A stretch of 64,000 nt of DNA from positions 81,490 through 145,489 of IMG/VR virus record IMGVR_UViG_3300050821_009413. One strand, given 5' to 3'. Shown in pieces: positions 1-9,260 of this stretch. A program made the translations under genes and the position numbers. Each line of letters begins with the position of its first letter. Position 1 is the first letter of the stretch. Origin of the DNA: a virus (lineage: Duplodnaviria; Heunggongvirae; Uroviricota; Caudoviricetes). The notes under the pieces were generated by a model, which was not told the DNA's origin, ran no database searches, and saw only the letters and a program-made list of their open reading frames with translations.

Positions 1-683
1 CTTCGCCTGTTCAAGTAGCTCCTTCACCTGGTGCGGCCACATCCGTGTCACCGCGGCCACTTCCGGCGCGTTATCGCGCTGGGCCAGCACATCAAGTATC
101 AGCTGGGTCCGGGGCATCCCCTTCGCCGGGTTGTAGACAACCAGATCCCGGCGCTCCCGGGGCACCTGAACAACACTAAGATTATCCAGATAGATGTTCG
201 AAAGCCGATCAGATAGCCGATGCGCCGGCCCCAACCCCTCAGCCTCCAGGAACTCGCGCGCATATTCGCTCTGATATAAATGCTTGTCCACGCACCTACG
301 CAGAACATTCAGATCATCCTCGAAATCCGACCCCCGAAGCTCCGCGGCCCGAAAGAAGCCATCAACGCTGAGCCACCAGAAAAAAGTTTCCGTCCCAGGA
401 AACCTGTCAACCGCCTGAACCGCGGCCTCCGGGAAGATCACCACCGAACCAGGTTCCACATCCTCCGCGGTCGCCGACCGGACATGGTATTTCTGGTAAC
501 ACAGCGGCACCTCCCACCGCTGACCAGGCAACCGATCCGGCCACGTGAACGGCAAATACAGCATGAACGCCCGCTCACCCGCCCGGTTCAACACATCACC
601 CAACTGGTGACAAAGCTCCGGGCCGCCGCTAACACAATTAGACGGCGCAACGATGAAGATCTTCCGCACAACGGCCATCCTAG

Positions 684-767
684 TGGTACCCGTGGTGGGA
701 TTCGAACCCACATGGCTGTTGCCGACCGGACTTAAATCGGTTGCGTATGCCGTTCCGCCACACGGGC
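684..767 (-). tRNA. tRNA with long variable arm (anticodon tentatively UAA, Leu-like)
   Basis: Minus-strand reading gives GCCCGTG...GGGTTCGAATCCC...CACGGGT-ACCA. It has a 7-bp acceptor stem, a canonical T-arm, an encoded CCA and an extra arm of about 84 nt. Folded by eye only. Confidence 0.55.
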
Positions 768-782
768 GTATCATGAACTTAG

Positions 783-832
783 GGAACGGCCATTAAGATG
801 GCGACACCCCAGGGCTGGACCGCCGTTCCCGC
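783..832. repeat. GC-hairpin repeat copy (opposite orientation to the others)
   Basis: GGGAACGGC...ATGGCGACACCCCAGGG...GCCGTTCCC is an inverted repeat. On the other strand the loop reads GGGGTGTCGCC. Confidence 0.5.
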
Positions 833-837
833 TAACG

Positions 838-911
838 TACCCGGCGGGAGATTCGAACTCCCAACCACCACCTTTTGAGGATGGTCGCTCTGCCTGTTGG
901 CGCACCCGGGC
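838..911 (-). tRNA. tRNA-like element (imperfect acceptor stem; possibly degenerate)
   Basis: A canonical GGGAG-TTCGAAT-CTCCC T-arm and an anticodon-arm-like hairpin are present. The acceptor stem shows two or more mismatches in my manual fold. Confidence 0.35.
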
Positions 912-912
912 G

Positions 913-986
913 TACTCCGAGCGAGAGTCGAACTCGCAGACACCAGCACCTCGAGCTGACGGCTTTGCCTGTTTGCCTATCGGAGC
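913..986 (-). tRNA. tRNA (isotype uncertain)
   Basis: Acceptor GCTCCGA/TCGGAGT with a G1-U72 wobble, T-arm GCGAG-TTCGACT-CTCGC, about 74 nt with no encoded CCA. The D-arm GGCAAACAGGCAAAGCC is shared with the next tRNA. Confidence 0.5.
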
Positions 987-987
987 G

Positions 988-1063
988 TACCTCGCCCGAG
1001 AGTCGAACTCGGAAACATCAGAATCTGAATCTGACGGCTTTGCCATGGTTTGCCTAGCGAGGC
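988..1063 (-). tRNA. tRNA (anticodon tentatively CAG)
   Basis: Acceptor GCCTCGC/GCGAGGT, anticodon stem TCAGA/TCTGA with loop TTCAGAT, T-arm CCGAG-TTCGACT-CTCGG. Only 1 nt separates it from the previous tRNA. Confidence 0.5.
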
Positions 1064-2038
1064 TTGTTGCGGAAGGTAGAGGTGTCGATCCCCCGGGATG
1101 ATTACCGCTTGGATGCTTTCAAGGCAACCTGGCTGGCCGCAGCCGTACCTTCCATCGCGGAAGGTGGAGGTCTTGATCCCCATCACACTTTCGTGGACGC
1201 TGGCATTAGCAGTACCGCCCGAACACCCGATCGGTTCACCTTCCCTGACTATGTAAGTCGGGAGGTACTCGATCGTAAGAATAGGTGCAATCGTTGGGCG
1301 GTCATGCCTATATGATACGGCAGTGACGTACCCGAACACAACTACTGTCTATCTGTCGTCTTCGTCTACTATCGTGACGGTTCCGTCTGGCATCGGTACG
1401 TTTTACTTGGCTAGCAGCGGGACCGGTGTCGCCATGGTGTATCTGCTGAGTCAGGGGCATTCGGTTATGCCGGGCGGTGTGTTGACAGCTACAGTTACGG
1501 GATTCCAATGAGCGCCCCGGGCGGCGGGTACGCCAAAGTGTCGACTACCTGGGTGGGTGGTGGTGCCTCCGGTGGGGTGGTGTCCATCCAGGTTCCGGCT
1601 GCGCAGCTGGGAAGCGGCCCGGGGAGTTGGTGCCTGAGTCCGGTAACCGTAACCGTTTCAAGGTTGCCGGGAGGCATATTGACGTTGTCGGCGTGCTCCC
1701 GGGAGCCTATATGAAGGCACGGTTGTTCGGCGGGCCGCGTAATGGTAAAGAGATCGATTACGCCGGCGACTCCACTGATTATGCCCACCCAGAGATCCTG
1801 TCGACCGGGGCTGGGTGGGACCAGATATTGAGGTGGCACACCTATGTGCCGATCAATAGGTTGCCGTTGCTGGCGCATGATTGCCGAGGCGGCTGCCCAT
1901 ACCCGGATGTTCCCGGTCACACGTTGGCGGTGGATAACGACTGCGACCCTCCGGTGCACGTGGTTGAGTATGCGTTGCGTAGTTGGGTGCGCAGGACGAT
2001 GGGCGGAGGCTTTATGGCTGCGTATGCGTGGTGCGCGA

Positions 2039-2905
2039 ATGAAGTTGGATAGACCGTTCCGGGTGGTGACGCACCGCAACTGGCTGGCTGAGCACTTCAA
2101 AGAATACGGTGCGGTGCAGGACTTCGGATTCGATATCGATCCTGATACCGCGGAGTCTGCGTATTGGTGGGCACCTGGGGCGTGGGTGGCGTGCGCGTGG
2201 CAGTCGGGTGTGCGGCTGCCGTTGCTACTGTGTGGGCATCGGTGGATGGAAGACCTTCCGTACGAATATAAGGAACGGGATATCGCTGTCCGTAAGATCG
2301 AGGACATTGAGGACGCCCCGGATGCCGGTGAGGAACTTGTGCACGTGAAGTTGCCGGAAGCCAAGCTGGACAGCTTTCCGGCCAGCGTGTTCCACGCCAG
2401 CCATTTGGGTACGTCGTTGAAGCAGTTCTGGGTGCCCAAGGGTACGTTGTTGCAGCTGTCTGAGGTTGTGCATTTCGTTCGGGAGTGCCGGTTCTGGATG
2501 TGTCACGGCGTGGTGACCGCGCATTCCTGGTATTTAGTGGACGGCATGTTGTGGGATCACCCCGACTTTAAGGGCGACGCCCACTACGACAGCAAAGACC
2601 ACACCTATCTGGATATGGCTGACCTGGCCGAGGATGTGGCCGCGAATGTGGCTTGCCCGCCGGGGTTCACCATCGACATGGGACTCACCGACGACGGCAG
2701 GATCCTTGTGGTGGAAACCAACGCGTCCTGGTCGAGTTCACCTTACAACGGCGACCCGGAAGGAATCATCGACAGCATCGCGGCCAGCCACGACTTCGAC
2801 AACGAATATCCGCAGTGGCGGTGGCGACCCAACCCGGTGTACGGGATCGTTCAGCCGCTGAAGTGGGCGGAAGTTATCAACGGAGGCCGGCGCGAATCCA
2901 GTTAA
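2039..2905 (+). CDS. hypothetical protein, possible ATP-grasp-like C-terminal domain
   Basis: Long ORF with a protein-like composition. The start was chosen at ATG 2039 (MKLDRPF), just after the stop of the upstream ORF. The C-terminus ILVVETNASWSS resembles ATP-grasp folds, weakly. Confidence 0.45.
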   Translation: MKLDRPFRVVTHRNWLAEHFKEYGAVQDFGFDIDPDTAESAYWWAPGAWVACAWQSGVRLPLLLCGHRWMEDLPYEYKERDIAVRKIEDIEDAPDAGEELVHVKLPEAKLDSFPASVFHASHLGTSLKQFWVPKGTLLQLSEVVHFVRECRFWMCHGVVTAHSWYLVDGMLWDHPDFKGDAHYDSKDHTYLDMADLAEDVAANVACPPGFTIDMGLTDDGRILVVETNASWSSSPYNGDPEGIIDSIAASHDFDNEYPQWRWRPNPVYGIVQPLKWAEVINGGRRESS

Positions 2906-3278
2906 AGAAACCAGCGGCTGCGGCTTTCTTGTCCATCTCGGATAGCGGCGGAGCGTTTTGGGCCATCTCCGCTAACGCCACCTCGTCGCGCTGCCGGCGC
3001 TGGATGTCCACGACTGCGCTGGCACGCTCAGCCCTTATGCGCAGCACCTCCAAGTGGGCTTCGGCGTCCTTAACTTCACGCGCCAAGTCTTTCCGCTCCC
3101 GCTCCGCTTTAGCTAGCGCGATGTTGGCTTTGTCCAATTCGGTGACTGTTTCGCCGTCGAGTTCCAAGCGTTCAATGCCGAGAAGGGAACCGACGAGCAT
3201 GCGCCCTTCGGCGCGCTGCGGATCTTCCCCCGCCGCGGGTGTCCCGCCTTTAGTTATCACGCTTTCTCCTATCTTCAC
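2877..3278 (-). CDS. hypothetical coiled-coil protein
   Basis: 133-aa ORF rich in charged heptad-like sequence (ERERKDLAREVKDAEAHLEVLRIRAE). Confidence 0.35.
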   Translation of the reverse strand: MKIGESVITKGGTPAAGEDPQRAEGRMLVGSLLGIERLELDGETVTELDKANIALAKAERERKDLAREVKDAEAHLEVLRIRAERASAVVDIQRRQRDEVALAEMAQNAPPLSEMDKKAAAAGFFNWIRAGLR

Positions 3279-3828
3279 TGTGAAACGACGCTATCTTAGC
3301 GGCGGCGGGTTTGCCGTTAACGCCGCGCCGGGCTGTGTACTGCGGGTGTAGACTTCAATCGTGTTAAGGAACTGGTGGCTAGACCACGCCCCCTACCCCT
3401 TCTGGACATCATGCTGCGGGGTGTGGTCGCCGTGGTGCTGGATAGACGACATTGCGCACCTGTGGTTCCCTATAACGTTCGGGTTTCACCGCGACAGTGT
3501 TTCGCATTGGCCGCTTAAGGAGCCGTGGCTATGTCGGAAGCATACCCGTGCAGCGCATCGGTATGCGGAAAGGCGATGATTAAGCCAGCGCGCCGCGGAG
3601 CAGCATCGCCAAAGAGATAATCTGCATCGATGACGCAGCCCACACCAGCACAAAAACCGGCAGCCTCATTTAACAACCAGGCCTGGGCAGTTACCTTTAG
3701 GTAGTCCGTGCCATTCGTTGCCGCACCGGTCGCACACCTGGGTGAACTTCCACGGCGTGTGGGCCTGCGGCAACGTCAGTTCGTAGTCGACCAGCTCATC
3801 TATCTCGTCGGGTTCCTCAGGCATCCGG

Positions 3829-4236
3829 TCACCAGATCTCACTCGGCGTCCCTAGATGCAGCGGCGGGTCGTCGGTGCCCCGGTTCTGATTACAGTCATG
3901 ATGGGAAGCCCCGAAGTTCAGAACATCCAACACCAGGTCTGGGCGTTCTTTCACGGTTTTGATGTGGTCCAGTTCGAACGCTTGTGGATGCCCGTAATCC
4001 AGCCGGTAGTCGATGGCGTCGCCGCACAGGTGGCACGGTTCCCGGTTGCGTGCGCAGTTCGCACGGAATTTGGCTTTCAAATTTTTGAAGACGGGACCGT
4101 CGCGCATCTCGCGGGCCTTGTCCCGATCGGCTTGCGTTTGGGGCCGCCGCCCAATCGTCGCCGACTCGGGTGTGTCGTTCAGTTCGTCTTCGTCCATCAC
4201 AGATACTCGGGTTTCGCCCACCGTGTCCGCACCCAT
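3829..4236 (-). CDS. HNH endonuclease
   Basis: CHLCGDAIDYRLDYGHPQAFELDHIKTV...HHDCNQNRG, a His-Me finger/HNH motif with a Cys pair. Confidence 0.65.
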   Translation of the reverse strand: MGADTVGETRVSVMDEDELNDTPESATIGRRPQTQADRDKAREMRDGPVFKNLKAKFRANCARNREPCHLCGDAIDYRLDYGHPQAFELDHIKTVKERPDLVLDVLNFGASHHDCNQNRGTDDPPLHLGTPSEIW

Positions 4237-4354
4237 GGCCGGTCCTCGGTCATCGGTGGCACCGTCACAGGTTCGCGGCGGCGCAGCGAGTTGATCACCT
4301 CAAGTGCCCGCATGGCGCTGCGGTGTTCGTCTTCGCTGTTGGCGATGAGGATCA

Positions 4355-5296
4355 TCACGCCGACCGGTTCAGGGCGCGTTGCCGCCAGTTACTTCCAACC
4401 AGGCTGAGCGGCATGCTGTCGTCGTTCGGCGGCGTCCACACCACGTCGCTGGGCGACTGGTAGGGCAGCAGGTCCAGGGTGGGGCTGGTGAGGCACACCG
4501 GGGTGGTGTCAGTCGGAGCGGTGAACGCGAACGGTGCCAAATACTGCGACGCCCCGTTGAACGTGACGTTGCTGAAGCTCACATCATAGATGAGTGGGCC
4601 ACCCAGGTTGAGCTGCGCAATGTTGGACGCCAACTGAAAACCTGGGGTGTCTACGTAGTCGATGGTGGACAGGACACCGTTAGCGATACGCGCCGTCAAC
4701 GGTGGCAAAGACACGGCGGCGTTACCGATGATTTCCGGGGAACCCAGCGCGGTAACCGTCACCGTGACCTCGCAGAACCCGGCACCTTCAGGGTTGGTGA
4801 GCAGGCTACCGTCGCCGGTGATCGGCTCAATGAACCGGTAGCCCAGGTTGTTGGTGAACAGCACATCGTAGGCTTGCGGTTCCACATCGGCCACGACAGT
4901 GACGTTGTTGGAACCGATAGACGTCAACGCCACCAGCGCGTCATGCACCTGGGTGGGGGTCGCGTCGAACGCCAGCGCGGTGGTGGTGTAGCCGCCGTAA
5001 GACAACGTGAACGTGCCGCCGTTGGGGTTGCCGATAAGGTTGATCGTCTGCTCAGCGTTGTACGACGGGGTGATCAGGTAGTTACTGATGAACATCTGCT
5101 GCCCGCGCAGCAGCCGCGGCGTGAACGTAACCAAAGCGTTCACCGTCTGCACCACGGGAGAGTTCAAGTTACCCGACACGGACGGGTCAGCGACCGCGTT
5201 GAAATAGCCGGTCACCTCGAAAAACGAAAGCTGCGTAGGAACCGAACCATGTAGTGTTCCTTGGCCGGACAGATGCGCGGCTGCTGGTGTTGGCAT
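4355..5296 (-). CDS. hypothetical Thr/Ser/Asn-rich beta-type protein (tail-fibre-like composition)
   Basis: 313 aa with low charge and rich in T/S/N/G/V, typical of phage fibre or minor tail proteins. The antisense ORF 4379-5254 is Arg-rich and was rejected. Confidence 0.45.
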   Translation of the reverse strand: MPTPAAAHLSGQGTLHGSVPTQLSFFEVTGYFNAVADPSVSGNLNSPVVQTVNALVTFTPRLLRGQQMFISNYLITPSYNAEQTINLIGNPNGGTFTLSYGGYTTTALAFDATPTQVHDALVALTSIGSNNVTVVADVEPQAYDVLFTNNLGYRFIEPITGDGSLLTNPEGAGFCEVTVTVTALGSPEIIGNAAVSLPPLTARIANGVLSTIDYVDTPGFQLASNIAQLNLGGPLIYDVSFSNVTFNGASQYLAPFAFTAPTDTTPVCLTSPTLDLLPYQSPSDVVWTPPNDDSMPLSLVGSNWRQRALNRSA

Positions 5297-5571
5297 TAAG
5301 TCCGCCTCCCCGAATGGACTTGTTGAATGATTTCTTCGCCGTCCCGAATGTCTTCACCCCAACGCTGCGGCGGCGCGGCAGGAGCAGCTGGCGGTGCCGG
5401 CGGGGCCTGCAACGACCCGAGGAATGTAACTTCACCGTCCTCGTCCTGCTCTAACAGAATCCCGTAGCAGAAGTTAGCGAACCGGACGGTGCCGTTGATG
5501 CGGATTTCCACACGCCCACTCGGCCCGTTCATGTTCCGTTTAGGGGCCGGTTTCTTAGCGCGCGTCGCCAT
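5296..5571 (-). CDS. hypothetical protein
   Basis: 91-aa ORF whose start abuts the upstream gene. It is Pro/Ala-rich. Confidence 0.3.
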   Translation of the reverse strand: MATRAKKPAPKRNMNGPSGRVEIRINGTVRFANFCYGILLEQDEDGEVTFLGSLQAPPAPPAAPAAPPQRWGEDIRDGEEIIQQVHSGRRT

Positions 5572-5616
5572 TTGTTACCTCTTCGTGGGGGCGACCTGGG
5601 TGGTGCCGTCGAACTT

Positions 5617-6027
5617 TTATTGTCCCCGGTGAGGTGCCCGCGGCGGCGCAGGCACGCTCGGAACTTGCCGGTTCGGTTGCGCCCGCGCACCGCGCCGACC
5701 GATAGAGCCACGCACCGGCTTATTTTTCTGGGTGCCCGGAATCTTCGTGTAACCGGCAGGTGTCTGACCGGACGGGGTGACTTTCATCAGGCCGCGGGGC
5801 AGCGAACGGTCATCGCCGGCGGCGTTCTTCTCGTTCAAGTCCCTCATCTGCCCGGCCAGGTCGGCGGCAGCTTTCATCGCCTCAATGAAGTGCGGAACGT
5901 CATCGGGATGCACATGGCGGGGCAGCTGAATGACAGCGTCGGGGCCGACGCTGATCTGCCACGCCCCGTGCGTCACCAAATTCCACCCATTGGGGTAGGC
6001 GTGGATCTCGGTTTGGGTTTCGGTCAT
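5617..6027 (-). CDS. hypothetical protein
   Basis: 136-aa ORF with a protein-like N-terminal half. Confidence 0.4.
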   Translation of the reverse strand: MTETQTEIHAYPNGWNLVTHGAWQISVGPDAVIQLPRHVHPDDVPHFIEAMKAAADLAGQMRDLNEKNAAGDDRSLPRGLMKVTPSGQTPAGYTKIPGTQKNKPVRGSIGRRGARAQPNRQVPSVPAPPRAPHRGQ

Positions 6028-6245
6028 GTCGGATCACCTCGCTTGCTGCGTAAACTTTCCGCAGTGAAATCCGGGCGAGACACCAACGGCACATGCTTAC
6101 GGCACACCGCGAAGTTTTTGATGACAGTGAAAGCTGGGGTCCGTTTACCTAGATTGACACACGCCGCGCAATGGATCGTGACGTGCGATACCTGCTCTAG
6201 ACGCTCGAAAATTTCCTCAGCCACGACCTGATTGTCGCAGCACAA
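6024..6245 (-). CDS. hypothetical small Cys-containing protein
   Basis: 73-aa ORF with CAACVNLGK...CRKH, overlapping neighbours by 4 bp. Confidence 0.3.
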   Translation of the reverse strand: MCCDNQVVAEEIFERLEQVSHVTIHCAACVNLGKRTPAFTVIKNFAVCRKHVPLVSRPDFTAESLRSKRGDPT

Positions 6246-6730
6246 TCCAACTTTTCAGGACCGTTGGGTTGCGTGTCGTGTACAGCAGCTCCCCCGCGCG
6301 GTAGAAGCCGGCGTCCCGAATCTTTCCGGTGATCTGGTTGTAGTTGACGATTATCTTGTCGTCACCGCGGACCAGCACCTTGTGGCGACGCCAAAAGAAC
6401 AGGTTCATGGTCGCCGCCTTTCATGCTGCCGGTTCTCCGGGTGTCCCACGATGCCACACAACCTTGCCTATCGGTACGTGGGTGTAAATGAATGTGGACC
6501 CGAGTTGACACAGGTATTCGTAACTCCGCCCGACTTTACAAGGCCTGCTGCGCGGGGTGTGGTCCGGGGTCTCCGACTCGGCGGACCTCGGGGGTTCGGT
6601 GGGCATTGGATGTTCAGAAAACATAGCTGTCACCGGCTTCGTCAGAGCACTTTGATCCAAGGTAGGAGTGGCAGGCGTCACAGACTTGGAGGCGCGCCGG
6701 GCGCGCCTCCAAGAGGTGAAAAATTTAGTC

Positions 6731-6840
6731 CCGGGACGGCGATCGCGGTGTGGGCGGCGCGTCGCTGTTGGCCGCCCCGGAAGTTAGGCCGGGGACGGTG
6801 GCTTCATCTTGGGTATCACGTTAAACCTGGCCGTCCCCGG
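6731..6840. repeat. two tandem GC-hairpin repeat copies (6731-6780 and 6788-6840)
   Basis: CCGGGACGGCG...GGCCGCCCCGG, then GGCCGGGGACGGTG...TGGGTATCACG...GGCCGTCCCCGG. Confidence 0.5.
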
Positions 6841-6847
6841 AGTCTGA

Positions 6848-7189
6848 TTACTTAACTTTCGGTTTACGCTGCGCAGCCCGGAACTGGCGGCGCACATCAT
6901 TGGAGATACGGCCACGCGTAGACACCGTGACGTTGTTGGCTTTGGCCCAGTTGCGGATCGCTGTGTTGCTGGTCGCCGACAACTTGACGCCCCGGCTAGA
7001 CGATGACGCGCGCAGACGCTTCTTCCCCGACGCGTGCGCCGTGTACCGCTCGAACGCACGATCGAACTCGGCGGCGCTCTCCTCGCTCAGGTCGATGCTG
7101 TACTGCACGTTGTTGATGGTGAACTTCCGGGTCGCCTTCGCGGGCTGGCCGGTGATATCGTCAACTATCTCGACGGTTCGTTTCTTCAT
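6848..7189 (-). CDS. lsr2: Lsr2-like nucleoid-associated DNA-binding protein
   Basis: MKKRTVEIVDDITGQ...YSIDLSEESAAEF...IRNWAKANNVTVSTRGRISNDV closely parallels mycobacterial Lsr2, both in the N-terminal dimerisation region and in the C-terminal RGR AT-hook DNA-binding region. Confidence 0.8.
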   Translation of the reverse strand: MKKRTVEIVDDITGQPAKATRKFTINNVQYSIDLSEESAAEFDRAFERYTAHASGKKRLRASSSSRGVKLSATSNTAIRNWAKANNVTVSTRGRISNDVRRQFRAAQRKPKVK

Positions 7190-7208
7190 TGGGATTCCTT
7201 TCGGGTGA

Positions 7209-7255
7209 GCGGGACGGCGGCACTGACTTGGGTCGCGCTGACGGTTGGCCGTCCC
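7209..7255. repeat. GC-hairpin repeat copy
   Basis: GCGGGACGGCGG...TTGGGTCGCGCTG...GGCCGTCCC. Confidence 0.45.
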
Positions 7256-7289
7256 TTAATCCCAGAATACCTAATTGCCGTTACCGACG

Positions 7290-7532
7290 CTAATCCGCGA
7301 TCTCCGATACCCATGTCCGGTAGTCCGTGTAGAGCCAACGTAACCGGTCTGCGATAAGTTCGGCGTGTTCACGCTCAGAGAAGTAGCCCTTCACCACGGG
7401 GCCGGATGGCCCTTCGGCATGCACCATCCATTTACAGCTACTCATATCGCACCCTTCGCGTCGTCTGCCGTCAGGTAATGCGTAATCGTCTCCCACTTGC
7501 TGTCCCCGGCAGCCCGCTGCGCCAAACGCCAC
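7290..7532 (-). CDS. hypothetical protein
   Basis: 80-aa ORF. Confidence 0.35.
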   Translation of the reverse strand: MAFGAAGCRGQQVGDDYALPDGRRREGCDMSSCKWMVHAEGPSGPVVKGYFSEREHAELIADRLRWLYTDYRTWVSEIAD

Positions 7533-7607
7533 AGGTCACCAGTCTGGTGCACCAGGTATTCCCAGTCGTCTTTACGGCAGAACCAGAACGAACCACGCCG
7601 CTCCCAG

Positions 7608-7826
7608 TTACCCATCCTCAGCTTCCTTCCCCTCGACCGCGGCCATCGCATCATCCAGGTAATCAAAAGGACCCAACTCGACGCGTTCAGCTGAGCCGGC
7701 GTCCCCAAGATCCCAGGTCTGCTCGACACCGTAGACCCTCCACCTGCTGCGGCTACCGTTAATGGTCCAGTAGTATTTCTTGCCGGCCTTGGTGTAGGAG
7801 GCCGAATAGCTCCACTCGTCAGTCAC
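7608..7826 (-). CDS. hypothetical protein
   Basis: 72-aa acidic ORF. Confidence 0.35.
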   Translation of the reverse strand: MTDEWSYSASYTKAGKKYYWTINGSRSRWRVYGVEQTWDLGDAGSAERVELGPFDYLDDAMAAVEGKEAEDG

Positions 7827-7846
7827 AGTCTGCGCCTCCTAGTGGT

Positions 7847-7898
7847 TGGGGGACGGCGAACTCCCCATGGGTATCACGTCTGGCTTGGCCGTCCCTGG
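7847..7898. repeat. GC-hairpin repeat copy
   Basis: GGGGGACGGCG...TGGGTATCACG...GGCCGTCCCTGG. Confidence 0.5.
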
Positions 7899-7998
7899 CT
7901 AAATTATACACCACCTGGCTGGCCTTTCAAAACTGTTAACCCGCCACGCCGCACCACCTCCAGTTATTACACGGAAAACCGGTGCGAATCTAATTCGC

Positions 7999-8781
7999 AT
8001 GGCTTACCAACTCGGCTTAAAAGCACCCGTACCCGGCGCGATCCCGTTGCGACTCGCAACCTACCTCGACTTTATGAAACTCCCAACACCACCCGCAGTG
8101 TTCGGTCACTACGACCTGATCGACAACTGGGAAATGCTGGGCAACGACGAATGGGGCGATTGCGCTTTTGCGGGCGCATGTCACCAAGAGATGCTTTGGA
8201 CTAAAGAGGGCGGCCACGAAGCCGACTTCAACTCGCCAGTAGACGGGTTCGACAACGCGGCCCTAGCCAACTACGGCGCGGTCACCGGATTCGACCCCAG
8301 CGACGGCCCGTCCGGGGACAACCCAACCGACCAAGGCACCGCAATCAGCGACCTCGCCGACTACTGGGCGCACAGCGGCCTGGTGGACTCCGACGGCACC
8401 CGCCACAAAGTGGCCGCCATTGTCGACCTAAACCCCGGCGACCTGCGCGAACTGTGGGTAGCCACCTATCTGTTCCAGTCGGTGGGGCTTGGGTTCGCCG
8501 TCCCGCAGTCAGCTATCCAGCAAGCCCAGCAGGGAGAGGTCTGGGATGTTGTCCCGGGCAGCCCGATCGTCGGCGGCCACTACGTCCCAAGCGTGGGCCG
8601 CGTAGACGGCGGCAACGGCATGGTAGTGACCTGGGGGCAGCTCCAAGAATTCACGCCACGGTTCTACCAGAAATACAATAACCAGGGCATTGTTTGCTTG
8701 AGCGAGGAAATGCTCGTCAACATGAAGTCGGTCGACGGCTTCGATGACAAGACCTTGAGGGCCGACCTTAGGGCGCTCTAA
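7999..8781 (+). CDS. putative papain-like (Cys-His) peptidase, possible cell-wall hydrolase accessory
   Basis: 260 aa. The GDCAFAGACHQE Cys motif and a downstream His, together with the position immediately upstream of the lysis genes, suggest a peptidase. The family cannot be assigned by eye. Confidence 0.4.
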   Translation: MAYQLGLKAPVPGAIPLRLATYLDFMKLPTPPAVFGHYDLIDNWEMLGNDEWGDCAFAGACHQEMLWTKEGGHEADFNSPVDGFDNAALANYGAVTGFDPSDGPSGDNPTDQGTAISDLADYWAHSGLVDSDGTRHKVAAIVDLNPGDLRELWVATYLFQSVGLGFAVPQSAIQQAQQGEVWDVVPGSPIVGGHYVPSVGRVDGGNGMVVTWGQLQEFTPRFYQKYNNQGIVCLSEEMLVNMKSVDGFDDKTLRADLRAL

Positions 8782-9260
8782 TGTTCGACGCTCTACACCG
8801 CGCCTACAAAGCATTCACATCAGGTGTCGTTCCAGCACACGACGTGACCGAGTCGCATCGATACACCGTCCATTACCCGGACCACCAGCCGAGACAGTCG
8901 GATCCACACTATAAGGATTTCGAGGCGTACCGGCGACGCACTAAGGCGACCGCAAAATGCTCAGTCGGTGAAGCGCGAGGGGACTTCACCGACTGCCAAC
9001 CCGGCCCCAACTCCTGGCCCACCGGCCTCGAACTACACCATGACCACGTCGAATTCGCCCTAGAAAATGCTGTAGACCTGGCGTTATTAGACAAGGTTTA
9101 CCCCGGTGTGTCGAACCCTGACGAGGTCGGAGCGTGGGTAGAGTCCGCTGACAACCTCGTATGGCTCTGCACGTTCCATCACCGCGGCCACGGCGGCGTA
9201 CATGTAGCAAGCAGCTCTGATTACGAGGCGGAACGCTTCATTAAGGGGCTGATCAGCTGA
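8781..9260 (+). CDS. HNH endonuclease
   Basis: LHHDHVEFALENAVDL...NLVWLCTFHHRGHGGVH is an HNH/His-Me finger. Its start overlaps the upstream stop (ATGA) and its stop overlaps the lysA start. Confidence 0.7.
   Translation: MFDALHRAYKAFTSGVVPAHDVTESHRYTVHYPDHQPRQSDPHYKDFEAYRRRTKATAKCSVGEARGDFTDCQPGPNSWPTGLELHHDHVEFALENAVDLALLDKVYPGVSNPDEVGAWVESADNLVWLCTFHHRGHGGVHVASSSDYEAERFIKGLIS

Noticed and set aside
1064-1320. Possible additional tRNA/tmRNA-like element after the tRNA cluster (GGTGTCGATCCCC and GGAGGTCTTGATCCCC segments)
   Set aside because: There is no canonical TTCGAAT T-loop and no acceptor stem pairing, so I could not fold it into a tRNA or tmRNA acceptor-T arm.
1495-2439. 314-aa minus-strand ORF overlapping the plus-strand 2039-2905 gene
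   Set aside because: The translation is Ser/Ala/Cys-rich and low-complexity, and it runs antisense to an ORF with a protein-like composition and a recognisable C-terminal fold motif. It is a typical high-GC antisense artefact.
4379-6231. Plus-strand ORFs 4379-5254 and 5572-6231
   Set aside because: Arg/Gly/Val-rich antisense translations of the better-supported minus-strand genes in a high-GC frame.
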